Positions 1 through 9,270 of a DNA stretch of 64,000 nt are shown piece after piece (positions within the stretch are counted from its first letter, which is position 1; each line of letters begins with the position of its first letter). The notes beneath the pieces are model-generated. The model was not told where the DNA came from and searched no databases. It saw nothing but the letters and a program-made list of their open reading frames with translations. The DNA is from Candidatus Babeliales bacterium (GTDB lineage Bacteria > Babelota > Babeliae > Babelales > JANWKD01): positions 1 to 64,000 of the forward strand of contig CAVXJH010000005.1 in assembly GCA_963762115.1 (NCBI GenBank), given 5' to 3'. A program made the translations under genes and the position numbers.

Positions 1-2
1 AA

Positions 3-368
3 GCTATACTCCCCAAACTTGAACAAGAACGACGCGGATTACATAATCAAGAGATCAATATTGATACTGCCATTGAACAACAAGCATTAATCGCAAAGGT
101 ATTACAAAAAAAAATTGAAGGTTGGTCTATCGCTAGGCAAAAAGCAGTGCAAGAACAACAAAAACAACATGAGATTATGCAAGAACTTATACAAAAAAAA
201 GCAGAAAAACAAGAAGAATATCGCGCAAAAAATGCTCTCTATCAAGACATGATTCCTGAGATCCTTGCCACAACACAAGATGCCCTTATACAAAAATATT
301 CGCAATCGACAGATGCCCAAGGATACCTACAAGCAATCCTCCATACCGTGAATAAGGAGCAATCATGA
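3..368 (+). CDS. atpF: F0F1 ATP synthase subunit b-like, 5'-partial
   Basis: Frame open from window start; Q/E/K-rich helical sequence; stop overlaps atpH start (ATGA); position upstream of atpH-atpA. Confidence 0.6.
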   Translation, partial: AILPKLEQERRGLHNQEINIDTAIEQQALIAKVLQKKIEGWSIARQKAVQEQQKQHEIMQELIQKKAEKQEEYRAKNALYQDMIPEILATTQDALIQKYSQSTDAQGYLQAILHTVNKEQS

Positions 369-901
369 CAATCCCCCGAGATGTTGCAAAAAAATATGCT
401 GTTGCCTTTTTAAATGTGTATGGCAATTCTTTTTCATTATCTGACTATCAACAACTTATCAAAACCGCAAAGTACATAAAAAAACACTATTCATTATTAG
501 TTTTGCTTTCGGTGCCAACATTATCACGCGTTCAAAAAAAGGAATGTTTAGAAAAATTTCTTGCAGCAGCTCAGGCTCCTTCGCTGTTAGAAAAACTTGC
601 TCATCTTTTATTAGAACAACAACGTATTGAATTTCTCAGTGCAGTATGCGAACAATTAATGTATGAATATCAAGAACGAAAAAAAATTATGCCTTTTATA
701 ATAAAAAGCAGTGAACCATTAAAGAATGATCAGATTGCCCTCTTAACGAAATTTCTTGCCAAAAAAACTGGTAATACTATTCCCTATACAACTGAGATTG
801 ACAAGAAACTTATTGCAGGCATACGCATGCAAAGTGATGCATTCTTATGGGAACATTCAATTGAACAGCAATTAAGAACGTTAAACAAAACGATTCGATG
901 A
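365..901 (+). CDS. atpH: ATP synthase F1 subunit delta
   Basis: N-terminal 'VAKKYAVAF', C-terminal 'IDKKLIAGIRMQ...SIEQQL'; directly upstream of atpA. Confidence 0.85.
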   Translation: MTIPRDVAKKYAVAFLNVYGNSFSLSDYQQLIKTAKYIKKHYSLLVLLSVPTLSRVQKKECLEKFLAAAQAPSLLEKLAHLLLEQQRIEFLSAVCEQLMYEYQERKKIMPFIIKSSEPLKNDQIALLTKFLAKKTGNTIPYTTEIDKKLIAGIRMQSDAFLWEHSIEQQLRTLNKTIR

Positions 902-915
902 AATAAGGATTTATC

Positions 916-2433
916 ATGGATATAAAAAGCGCTGACCTTGTATCGCTGTTTGAAAAATCATTACGTGGTTTATCACAAGGCACTTTAGAGGAAGTCGGTA
1001 TTGTCATACAAGTTGGCGATAATATTGCTAAAGTGTATGGCCTAAAAAATGCCATGTATGGCGAACTCATTGAATTTGAAGGCGGCAATAAAGGAATTAT
1101 TTTAAGTCTTGAAGAAGATTATGTTGCTATCTTTTTATTATACGCCACAATCCCCGTTGCCGAGCTTGAAGTTGCAAAACGCACCGGCAGTGTATTCAAA
1201 GTCCCTATTGGCACCGGATTACTCGGAAGAACCATCAATGCAATAGGTATGCCAATTGATGGATTAGGAGATATTGTTGCCGAAGAATATAAATCAATTG
1301 AAGCAACACCACCCGGCATCATTGAACGCACCCCTATCGATGAACCATTACAAACAGGTATTTTAGTAGTTGATGCTTTATTCCCCATTGGCAAAGGTCA
1401 ACGTGAACTGATTATTGGCAATAGAAATACCGGAAAAACTGCTTTAGCTCTCGATGCTATTCTGAATCAAAAAGGTAAAAATGTTTTCTGCATCTATGTT
1501 TCAATCGGGCAACGCCAAGCAAACCTTGCACGCCTTATTCGCACACTAGAAGAACATAACGCACTAGAATATTGTATTGTAATAAGTGCTGATGCAGGTG
1601 AATCAGTCTTAAATCAATATCTAGCACCCTATGTTGGTTGCACCATTGCCGAATATTTCCGCGATAAAGGGCAAGATGCTTTAATCGTGTACGATGATTT
1701 AAGTAATCATGCAATTGCTTATCGTGAAATGTCATTGCTTTTGCGCAGACCGCCTGGACGTGAAGCATATCCTGGCGATGTTTTCTTTTTACATTCTCGC
1801 TTACTTGAGCGTGCGGGCAAACTTTTGAATGGCGGCTCCTTAACGGCATTACCGTTAGTCCAAATTCAAGGTGATGATATAACCGCCTACATTCCTACTA
1901 ATCTTATCTCAATTACTGATGGTCAGATTTTTCTAGATACAAAATTATTTAATCAGGGTATCCGCCCAGCGGTGAACGTTGAACTTTCTGTATCTCGCGT
2001 TGGCAGTGCTGCACAAACCAAAGCGATCAAAAAAGTTACCAAGGCTTTACGATTAGAATTAGCACAATATCATGAGCTCCTTGATTTTTCCCAATTTGGC
2101 ACTGAACTTGATATTGTTTCTCAAAAACGTTTAAGACGCGGTGCTTTAGCTGTTGAACTTTTAAAGCAATCACAACATATTACCTATTCTTTTATTGATG
2201 AGACAATTCTCTTATTATTGCTCAGAGAAAACATCTTAGAAAATCTTTCAGATAAAGATGTACAAACATTTTCTTTACAATTTTTAAGTTATATTAAATC
2301 AGTATATCACGAAGTATATGAATCAATTGCAACATCAAAAGATCTCAGCGAAAAAAATTATACCTTATTGCTTGATGCTGCCAAAGAATTTAGCAAAATA
2401 TATAGCAGTTCATCTGATAAAAAAGTCTCATAA
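916..2433 (+). CDS. atpA: ATP synthase F1 subunit alpha
   Basis: PIGKGQRELIIG, P-loop GNRNTGKT, RRPPGREAYPGDVF, PTNLISITDGQIFL. Confidence 0.97.
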   Translation: MDIKSADLVSLFEKSLRGLSQGTLEEVGIVIQVGDNIAKVYGLKNAMYGELIEFEGGNKGIILSLEEDYVAIFLLYATIPVAELEVAKRTGSVFKVPIGTGLLGRTINAIGMPIDGLGDIVAEEYKSIEATPPGIIERTPIDEPLQTGILVVDALFPIGKGQRELIIGNRNTGKTALALDAILNQKGKNVFCIYVSIGQRQANLARLIRTLEEHNALEYCIVISADAGESVLNQYLAPYVGCTIAEYFRDKGQDALIVYDDLSNHAIAYREMSLLLRRPPGREAYPGDVFFLHSRLLERAGKLLNGGSLTALPLVQIQGDDITAYIPTNLISITDGQIFLDTKLFNQGIRPAVNVELSVSRVGSAAQTKAIKKVTKALRLELAQYHELLDFSQFGTELDIVSQKRLRRGALAVELLKQSQHITYSFIDETILLLLLRENILENLSDKDVQTFSLQFLSYIKSVYHEVYESIATSKDLSEKNYTLLLDAAKEFSKIYSSSSDKKVS

Positions 2434-2450
2434 CTGAGACTTTTTTATCA
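2415..2450. terminator. Bidirectional intrinsic terminator after atpA
   Basis: TGATAAAAAAGTCTCA-taac-TGAGACTTTTTTATCA, perfect 16-bp stem between convergent genes. Confidence 0.8.
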
Positions 2451-2469
2451 CTATAATCTCAAGTTATGT

Positions 2470-2805
2470 CTAATCTCCCAATAATTTTGCAATATCTTTA
2501 CAATGAGTACACGACATTTCACATAAATTGCGTAAAACTTTTCTTTCAAATGCAGGAGACATGCAACCATTCCCAACTTGGATTGCATTTTGTAAATAAT
2601 ACGATTTATTAATTACCATCCACAAACAAGCTTCTGCACAATCACCCATAACTTCTTTTTTGAGGTGATTTAAAAATACCTCTTTGCATATGGGATAATC
2701 ACGCATATGATCCAGAAATTTCACGGTAACATCTTTATTACTCATAGATTGCATAGTTAACACCGACAAAAAAAGTGCTACCGACATAAGCTTCATTGTT
2801 TTCAT
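2470..2805 (-). CDS. Hypothetical secreted Cys-containing protein
   Basis: Signal-peptide-like N-terminus; AAGGAA RBS-like motif upstream. Confidence 0.6.
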   Translation of the reverse strand: MKTMKLMSVALFLSVLTMQSMSNKDVTVKFLDHMRDYPICKEVFLNHLKKEVMGDCAEACLWMVINKSYYLQNAIQVGNGCMSPAFERKVLRNLCEMSCTHCKDIAKLLGD

Positions 2806-2880
2806 AACATTCCTTTTTAAAAAGTACCTAAAAGAGTATAAAGAAATATTATCATTTTTTTCAATAAAAATATTTACTAC

Positions 2881-3057
2881 GCATTGGAAAAATATGAATT
2901 GTTTGTGAGTTCTGAAGTTGAGGAAAAACGGCAGCTTATCAAGCTTATACTATCGAACTTGAGGCTAAAGGGGAAAAAGCTTAATATTTTGACCATTAAT
3001 TTTACGTTACAGCACATCCAGACGGCCGTGTCGGGCGACCTGTCCGAAGAAGCTTAA
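2881..3057 (+). pseudogene. C-terminal remnant of a large serine recombinase
   Basis: Own translation: KYELFVSSEVEEKRQLIKLILSNLRLKGKKL-NILTINFTLQHIQTAVSGDLSEEA*; resembles LSR C-termini; tail shared with 4688-4792. Confidence 0.6.
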
Positions 3058-3143
3058 GCGAAGTCGGAAGCTCATAGCGAAGACTAAAGATAATAGATTT
3101 TTTTGAGGTTACAAGATTTTTTTACTTTGTAATAACAACAAGG

Positions 3144-3491
3144 TTAAGATTTGTAATTTTTAAAATAGTTATATGTTACCGATGTAGATTTTATAACTAA
3201 ATATGTTGCCAAGATTTCTATTGGAATTAAGCTTGCTCGGCATTGACTAATTATATTGCTATGATCTGCATTGTAGCGTTCTTTTGTAACTAATTTGAAG
3301 CCTGGGAATCTAACTACGCTTTTTCTGCCTAATTGAGGCTTCCAGGCCTCAGTGTTTTTAGTATCGCAAATGAAAATTCTGGTAAATAGTAAATTATTAA
3401 AATCTGCAAAAGTATATCCAGCGGTTATTTGATGTGCATTGCTACATAATAAATATAGCAATATAATACGTAAAGATTGTTTATACATCAT
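3144..3491 (-). CDS. Hypothetical protein, signal-peptide-like
   Basis: ORF with GAGGA upstream and a hydrophobic N-terminus. Confidence 0.5.
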   Translation of the reverse strand: MMYKQSLRIILLYLLCSNAHQITAGYTFADFNNLLFTRIFICDTKNTEAWKPQLGRKSVVRFPGFKLVTKERYNADHSNIISQCRASLIPIEILATYLVIKSTSVTYNYFKNYKS

Positions 3492-3633
3492 AAAAATTCC
3501 TCTATAAAATTAATGCAGAATAATGAGCTATAACAACTAACAAGCAAGCCACAAAAAAAGCTTCAATATGAGATTTTAATACTTTGTATTGCTTGATATC
3601 CATTTAAATTTCCTTAAAGATAGAGATTGAAAA

Positions 3634-4464
3634 TCAAAAAGGTTTCGTTGCCTTTAATAAGGTAACCAGTACTTCATTATTCTCAAATATCTTTTTTTGG
3701 ATAGTCCATGTTTTAAGTGAGTATTTATAATTTTTTTCACCAAACAACTTTATGAAATCAGTTTGTTGTGATTTTATCTTTTCGATATTGTCATGAGTGT
3801 ATCTAATATAATGATCATTCATAAGTGATAAAGCGGTGTGAGTAAAGCCTGCATCATGCAAATATGTTTCGTACTCTTGAGAAGTTGCCATCTTCAAATC
3901 TAATCCATCAATTTCCATCATCTCTTTAATGTTTGGGCCAAGTTCATGGGCATCAACTAACCAATCAAGGACAATGAGCTGCCCACCTGGCTTTAAAACT
4001 CTAAACAGCTCCTTGAGCAAAGAATTTTTATCAGCAACATGCAATAAAGATTCTTTAGAAAACACAATATCAAAAGTATTATCAGCATACGGATAAACTA
4101 AATTATCAATTTCTTGATAAACAAATGTTACATCGCCTATAAGTTTATGCGTAGCTTTCCTTTTATTTGCATCATCAACCAATCGCAACACACAATCAAC
4201 ACCTATAATATCAACATGATATTTTTGAGCTAAATAGAAATCTACACCTCCAAGCCCTGAACCTATATCCAAAAGCTTTTTCCCTTCTAAGACTTGCTGT
4301 TCGAACATACGATCTACTGATTCACTGCCGCCTTGGGACAAAAATTCTGATCCATACACTGATTCAACGAGATCAGTAAATTCTTTAGCATATTCAATAT
4401 CTAATTGATTTGCAGCCACTTTTAGACCCATTGCTATAATAAATAATAAACTAATTTTTTTCAT
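3634..4464 (-). CDS. Class I SAM methyltransferase, phosphoethanolamine N-methyltransferase-like
   Basis: YGSEFLSQGG, LLDIGSGLGG, FDIVFSKESLLHV, LKPGG. Confidence 0.85.
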   Translation of the reverse strand: MKKISLLFIIAMGLKVAANQLDIEYAKEFTDLVESVYGSEFLSQGGSESVDRMFEQQVLEGKKLLDIGSGLGGVDFYLAQKYHVDIIGVDCVLRLVDDANKRKATHKLIGDVTFVYQEIDNLVYPYADNTFDIVFSKESLLHVADKNSLLKELFRVLKPGGQLIVLDWLVDAHELGPNIKEMMEIDGLDLKMATSQEYETYLHDAGFTHTALSLMNDHYIRYTHDNIEKIKSQQTDFIKLFGEKNYKYSLKTWTIQKKIFENNEVLVTLLKATKPF

Positions 4465-4490
4465 ATTATAATATTCCTATAGTTTTTCTT

Positions 4491-4645
4491 AGAGCTTATC
4501 CGAAAATTAAATAAATAGAGCATCTTCTTAATTTATTGGCTAAAATAGCCAGTGAATCAAAAAAAAGGAGATGCTCGATGTTTATAATATCAGATAAGTT
4601 ATGGAATGAAATAAAAAATGTTATTCCAGAAAAAAAAGATCATTT
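4491..4645 (+). mobile_element. IS5-family left-end remnant (IR plus truncated transposase N-terminus)
   Basis: AGAGCTTATCCGAAAA end; AGGAG then ATG at 4578 encoding MFIISDKLWNEIKNVIPEKK (SDxxWxxIxxxIP); truncated. Confidence 0.5.
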
Positions 4646-4687
4646 AAAAAGAATGGCTGTGCCAACCGAAGCTTGTAAAGCGTAGGC

Positions 4688-4792
4688 CGGTGTCACATAG
4701 TGGATGCATGCAGGAACAATATTTTGACTATTGATTTCACATTACAGCACATCCAGACTGCCGTGTCGGACGACCTGTCCGAAGAAGCTTAA
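4688..4792 (+). pseudogene. att-junction / recombinase C-terminal tail
   Basis: Translates RCHIVDACRNNILTIDFTLQHIQTAVSDDLSEEA*; starts at GGTGT, the same bases as the reverse complement of the tRNA 3' end. Confidence 0.5.
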
Positions 4793-4897
4793 GCGAAGTC
4801 GGAAGCTTGTAGCGAAGACTGATGTTTCGATCGTTTAATATTGCATTAGAAGAATACTAAAAAAAATGCCTCCGACAGATTTTAGTATCGGAGGCTA
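4741..4897 (+). repeat. ~160-bp repeat (recombinase tail, REP-like hairpin, terminator); partial copy 3007-3087, inverted copy 14721-14883
   Basis: TTACAGCACATCCAGAC.GCCGTGT.GG.CGA.CT.TCCGAA.AAGCTTAAGCGAAGTCG.AAGCT..TAGCGAAGACT in all three copies; GCCTCCG...CGGAGG stem in two. Confidence 0.9.
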
Positions 4898-4934
4898 AAT
4901 ATTTTTTGAAAAGAAAAAACTAACAATGTATTAA

Positions 4935-5996
4935 TCAAATTTTATATTTTTCTTTCAAACTTTCAAATTCTTTTTTGACTTCTTCAAAGTCAATTTCAGG
5001 GTCATCATATTTTGTATTAGAATCAAGTGAAATATCGCCTGATATATCTTCGGCACAATTTTTTAATTTTTTAATTCTTTCTATTAACCATTCTTGAGCT
5101 TCTACTTCCATATACTTTAAAAAATTATATCCTAAAGCCATCAAGGATTTCACTTTACAATCTTTCCTTCCCCAATAACGAAAAGAAAAATCTTCAGTAT
5201 CGAAGCAAACAAATTTATTATTATCATCATGAGACCAATTAGTTCCCCAATCACCAAACCCTATTTCTTCAGCTAATGTAGCCAATTGTTGTGTTTCCTT
5301 TAATGAAATCATTTTTTCACCGGGAGAATTAATTTTTTCTGCAAACACTCTCCAAGAATCACCGACTTTTCCTAGATATTTTTTTGGCACATCAAGCTGA
5401 TCAAGCTTATTCACGTGAATACATCTTCTCATGCGTTCCGCATTTATTATGCGAGCAATATCATCATCTTTTAAAAAAAAGTCTGGTAAATCTTTAACTA
5501 TTCCATAATGCACGTGTTTAATATTTTCTTTATATTTTCCTGCTTCTTTGCAAAATATATGAGGAAGACCATATTTTCTAATAAATTTAACTAATTCTGG
5601 ATATTCTTTTGAGTCGACCTCTTCAGGTACATCAACCCTAAATTCAGTTTTTAAAAAATTGGAAAGATCATCTTCTGTTTTTCTCTGAGCTTCATCAGGA
5701 TTATTTCCAGCTTTTATAGCTACATCTTGATATGAATTAATAATTTGGAAGAAATTATGCTTTGATCTTGGTGATGCACCGCTAACTTTTGACATTTCGT
5801 CGTTACAAGCTTTTTTTGTATCTTCATTGATATTACATTCTGGCCATTGTTTTAAAAAGAAGAATAATTGCTCATCAGTAACCGTATTGAAATCTTGATG
5901 TGCAAAAATAGAAATAGTTGAAATGGCCAAGATAATAAAACTAAAAATTTTAACATTTAGTTTGAATTTTTTCATTTTTGTTTTGATACCTTGCAT
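4935..5996 (-). CDS. Secreted protein, possible atypical kinase-like fold; paralog of 16896-17948
   Basis: Signal peptide; RIINAERMRRCI, LDVPKKY, GFGDWGTNW, FVCFDTE; likely start at 5975. Confidence 0.7.
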   Translation of the reverse strand: MQGIKTKMKKFKLNVKIFSFIILAISTISIFAHQDFNTVTDEQLFFFLKQWPECNINEDTKKACNDEMSKVSGASPRSKHNFFQIINSYQDVAIKAGNNPDEAQRKTEDDLSNFLKTEFRVDVPEEVDSKEYPELVKFIRKYGLPHIFCKEAGKYKENIKHVHYGIVKDLPDFFLKDDDIARIINAERMRRCIHVNKLDQLDVPKKYLGKVGDSWRVFAEKINSPGEKMISLKETQQLATLAEEIGFGDWGTNWSHDDNNKFVCFDTEDFSFRYWGRKDCKVKSLMALGYNFLKYMEVEAQEWLIERIKKLKNCAEDISGDISLDSNTKYDDPEIDFEEVKKEFESLKEKYKI

Positions 5997-5999
5997 TAA

Positions 6000-7091
6000 T
6001 TAACAAGCTTTAATAATATTCTTAAGTATGTGCTCTATTGAATGAGCAGTAATCATAGCGCTTTCTTTGGTATATCCACCAGATAAAACCATTAACACGG
6101 GAATCTCATTATCTTGTGCTTGAGTGAAAACGAGCGCATCACGCTCAAGAATTCCTTCTGCTGAAAGAGCAGTTTGCCCAATAGGATCTTTTTCAAATAC
6201 ATCAGACCCTGCATTATAAATAATTAAGTCAGGTTTAATTGTGTTAATCGCGTTAGGGAGAGCAGAGTGGAGCAATTCTAAATATTCTTTATCTTTCATA
6301 CCTGGTTTAATAGGATAATCAAAAGTAATATGTTTACGAGCAAATATATCATGAGGATAATTATCTCTTACATATACATCTAAAATAGAACTTAATTGAT
6401 CATCTTTTAAAGCCACTTCAATGCCGTTACCTTGATGTGCATCTAAGTCGATCACTAAAACTTTTAATTGTGGGTGTTCTTTGCGTAGGGTTTTAATAGC
6501 CAAAGGAATATCTGCAAAGAAACAAAATCCACCACCATGATCTGGTTTTGCATGATGATAACCACCACCTAAGTTAATTGCCCAACCATGTTCAAGTGCA
6601 AGCTTAGCACCTAATACAGTTCCTTCTGTTGCATAGCGTATCGAGTTTAAAAAGAATCTTTGTAAGAAAAAGTTAGGAAGGAACATCAAAGGTATAACTT
6701 CAGAGATAGCTGCAACAGTACGAGAATTTTTTAATGATTCCAAATAAGATTGGCTGTGTATGTCTAGAAGTTCTTCGTCGGTTATTTTAGATGGTTCAAA
6801 AAAAGAAACATTACAATTGTCTTGCAAATATTTAGCAATTTTCCCATATTTTTTTGTGTCGAATGGGTGCAAATTTTCGATACCTAAAAATGAAATGTCG
6901 TAATTTTTATGAAAGACAATAGGAAGTTGTTTGTGTTTAGTTTTAGAAGGTTTTAGAAATTTTACTTTATTCGTTTTTTGTTCCTGTGGTAGCGTATCGG
7001 GTCTTCTTTCGGTTTTAATATGACCGTAACCGAATATTGAATTGGAAATTAATCCAATTATTAAAGTAAAAATTATTTTATTTTTCATCAT
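6000..7091 (-). CDS. Zn-dependent histone deacetylase family protein (HDAC11-like) with signal peptide
   Basis: HPFDTKKY, AINLGGGYHHAK, GGGFCFFADI, IDLDAHQGNG, YNAGSD, SGGY. Confidence 0.9.
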   Translation of the reverse strand: MMKNKIIFTLIIGLISNSIFGYGHIKTERRPDTLPQEQKTNKVKFLKPSKTKHKQLPIVFHKNYDISFLGIENLHPFDTKKYGKIAKYLQDNCNVSFFEPSKITDEELLDIHSQSYLESLKNSRTVAAISEVIPLMFLPNFFLQRFFLNSIRYATEGTVLGAKLALEHGWAINLGGGYHHAKPDHGGGFCFFADIPLAIKTLRKEHPQLKVLVIDLDAHQGNGIEVALKDDQLSSILDVYVRDNYPHDIFARKHITFDYPIKPGMKDKEYLELLHSALPNAINTIKPDLIIYNAGSDVFEKDPIGQTALSAEGILERDALVFTQAQDNEIPVLMVLSGGYTKESAMITAHSIEHILKNIIKAC

Positions 7092-7296
7092 AAAGGTAAC
7101 CCCATTTTTGATAACTATTATTTATAACTCTATAAAGATAGATTACCTTAATTTTACAAAGTCGTCTAACGCCCCATAATAAATTTCAAATAGAAATGAT
7201 ACTATTGACTAAGAAAAAGTTCTATTGTATATAGGCTTATGAGTGATGCAAACTTTAAAATTATTCTTAGACAATTGGGCAGCAGCTGCTGCCCAA

Positions 7297-7470
7297 TTAT
7301 GAATTTGATTTTTTATTAATTTTACTATCTTTCTTAAAAGATCCTAAATCAAAAGAAACCTCTTGTTTTAAGCTTTCCTTAAGACGTTCTAAAATTTCTT
7401 TATTTGCCGGATCAAATAACCAGCGTTCTTCTTCAGAAATTTCTTTCATAGGTTCTAATCTCTTTATATA
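7297..7470 (-). pseudogene. Antitoxin-like C-terminal fragment
   Basis: LEPMKEISEEERWLFDPANKEILERLKESL...DLGSF resembles small antitoxin C-termini; no convincing start; bracketed by palindromes. Confidence 0.4.
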
Positions 7471-7616
7471 TGTGCCCGATATATTGAATTGTCCCACAGC
7501 TGTGGGACAATTGTAAAATGAAATTTTTTTGTAATAAGCAATTTTGCAACAGCTGCTGCAAAATTATAAATTTGAAGAATTTAGACAAACTATCCTCAAA
7601 GAAAGCATCAATAACT

Positions 7617-7951
7617 TTATTTATGTAGAGCAACTGCTTCATGTACGATTTTCGCAATTGTTTTTAAAGTAGGATTACCTTTTTTAGAGAAAGCTTGCGT
7701 AATGGTTACTCTCGTTAGATTTATTTGTGTGCAATTTGCGTTCTATTTACACATAAAAAGGCATCTAATATTTCCATAAATGTTTCAGTATCATTTTCGA
7801 TCAAGCATTCAAACAACGCTTTAGCAACTTCATTCTTATTTCCAAATAATTCTGATGCCTTTGAAACATTTAATTTAGATTCATCAATTTTAAGGGGTTG
7901 TAAATCGCCTAATGAAAATTCGTGCTTTTTTAATGTCTTTTTCTTGTTCAT
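7617..7951 (-). pseudogene. HTH addiction-module antidote protein, frameshifted
   Basis: ALFECLIENDTETFMEIL...NRTQIA, then in a shifted frame NLTRVTITQAFSKKGNPTLKTIAKIV; shift near 7720. Confidence 0.7.
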
Positions 7952-9084
7952 TATTTAGCTTTCTTTTTCTTGCTAACTTTTTTTGTTTTTTTGGGGGCTG
8001 GTTTTTTTTCTGCAACTTCACTCTTACTGAGCTCTGCTTCAATTTCTTTTATAGTAGGTAGTTTGCCCTTAAATTCTTTTGGTAATGTTTCAACTAATTT
8101 AGTTGTATAACTTGATATGCCGATGGGTTGTTTGCTTGTACTTAACGCATATTCGGCTACAAAATTATCTTTTGATTTGCAGAGTAATAGTCCTATAGAG
8201 GGCAAATCTCCTGGATGTCTTAATAGCTTATCAACTGCAGCTAAATATAAATTAATTTGGCCTAAATCTCTGGCATCAAATTCTTCTGCTTTCAGTTCAA
8301 CAACAATAAAACATCGTAGTTGCAAATGATAAAAAAGCATGTCGATAAAAAAATCCTTGGCTCCTACTTTTAAAGGATATTGCCTTCCTATAAAAGCAAA
8401 TCCTTGTCCAAGTTCTAACAAAAACTTTTGAATATGTTCCATGAGGCCCAATTCAATTTCTCGTTCTCGTGCTTTTTCATCAATAGTTAGAAAATCAAAA
8501 ATATAAGGATCTTTTAGGGTCTGTTCAGCTAAATCAGAACTTGGTTCAGGCAGAGTAATTTTAAAATTGGTTATTGATTTGCCTTGTCGGCTATATAAAT
8601 CAGATTCAATCCACATAGAAAGCACACTTCTGCTCCAACCATTTTCAATGGTTTTTTTGGCATACCAAAGTCGTTGTTTATTATCCTGAATTTTTTCTAC
8701 GATAGCAGCGTTATGGCCCCATGGCAGCATTAAAAGAGGATTTTCTTCTATTTGTCCCACAGCTGTGGGACAATTTGGATAAGCGGTATAAAACGCAATC
8801 ATTCTGTATATATTTGTTCTTGAAAATCCGGTTATTCCGGGAAATGCTATCTCTAAATCATGAGCTAATTTTTCTACAACCTTGGCACCCCAACCCTCAA
8901 CGTTCATTTTTTCTGAAAGATCTTTTCCAATTCTCCAATAAAGCAAAGTCAGTTCTGTGGTAACTGATAAAGCTGCCTTAAGTTGTGTTTGAAGAATATC
9001 TTTTTTTATGTGTTCTAAAAACTGAGCATAATTTTTAGGCTCCATAGTTTTTTTTTGAACTGTATTCTTTTTTTTCATGAACAT
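7951..9084 (-). CDS. DUF1016 / YhcG-family PD-(D/E)XK nuclease-domain protein
   Basis: LYWRIG, GWGAKVV, GFSRTN, LPWGHN, GWSRSVL, KDPYIFDFL, FLLELGQGFAFIGRQ, FIDMLFYH, VELK. Confidence 0.93.
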   Translation of the reverse strand: MFMKKKNTVQKKTMEPKNYAQFLEHIKKDILQTQLKAALSVTTELTLLYWRIGKDLSEKMNVEGWGAKVVEKLAHDLEIAFPGITGFSRTNIYRMIAFYTAYPNCPTAVGQIEENPLLMLPWGHNAAIVEKIQDNKQRLWYAKKTIENGWSRSVLSMWIESDLYSRQGKSITNFKITLPEPSSDLAEQTLKDPYIFDFLTIDEKAREREIELGLMEHIQKFLLELGQGFAFIGRQYPLKVGAKDFFIDMLFYHLQLRCFIVVELKAEEFDARDLGQINLYLAAVDKLLRHPGDLPSIGLLLCKSKDNFVAEYALSTSKQPIGISSYTTKLVETLPKEFKGKLPTIKEIEAELSKSEVAEKKPAPKKTKKVSKKKKAK

Positions 9085-9270
9085 CTTTCATCTTTTTAAG
9101 GCTATTCGCGGGTAGATTGCAAAAGCATCTTCTCTATTAAAATCTTAATATTCATAAGTGTTATGTCAAATCAGCTACCATCTCTTTATGCTTTCATGAT
9201 AAACTATGAAAGATGTAATAGAATTAGTGCAGCAGCTGCTGCACTAATATTTGAAATCGAAAGTTGAAAT

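Noticed and set aside
7471..7481. TGTGCCCGATA, identical to 11 bp of the tRNA-Arg 3' region, as an att site
   Set aside because: Too short to separate from chance and lacks flanking similarity
7273..7565. Clustered palindromes as a CRISPR array
   Set aside because: Repeats differ from each other, spacing is irregular (188 and 27 bp), and no cas genes were recognised
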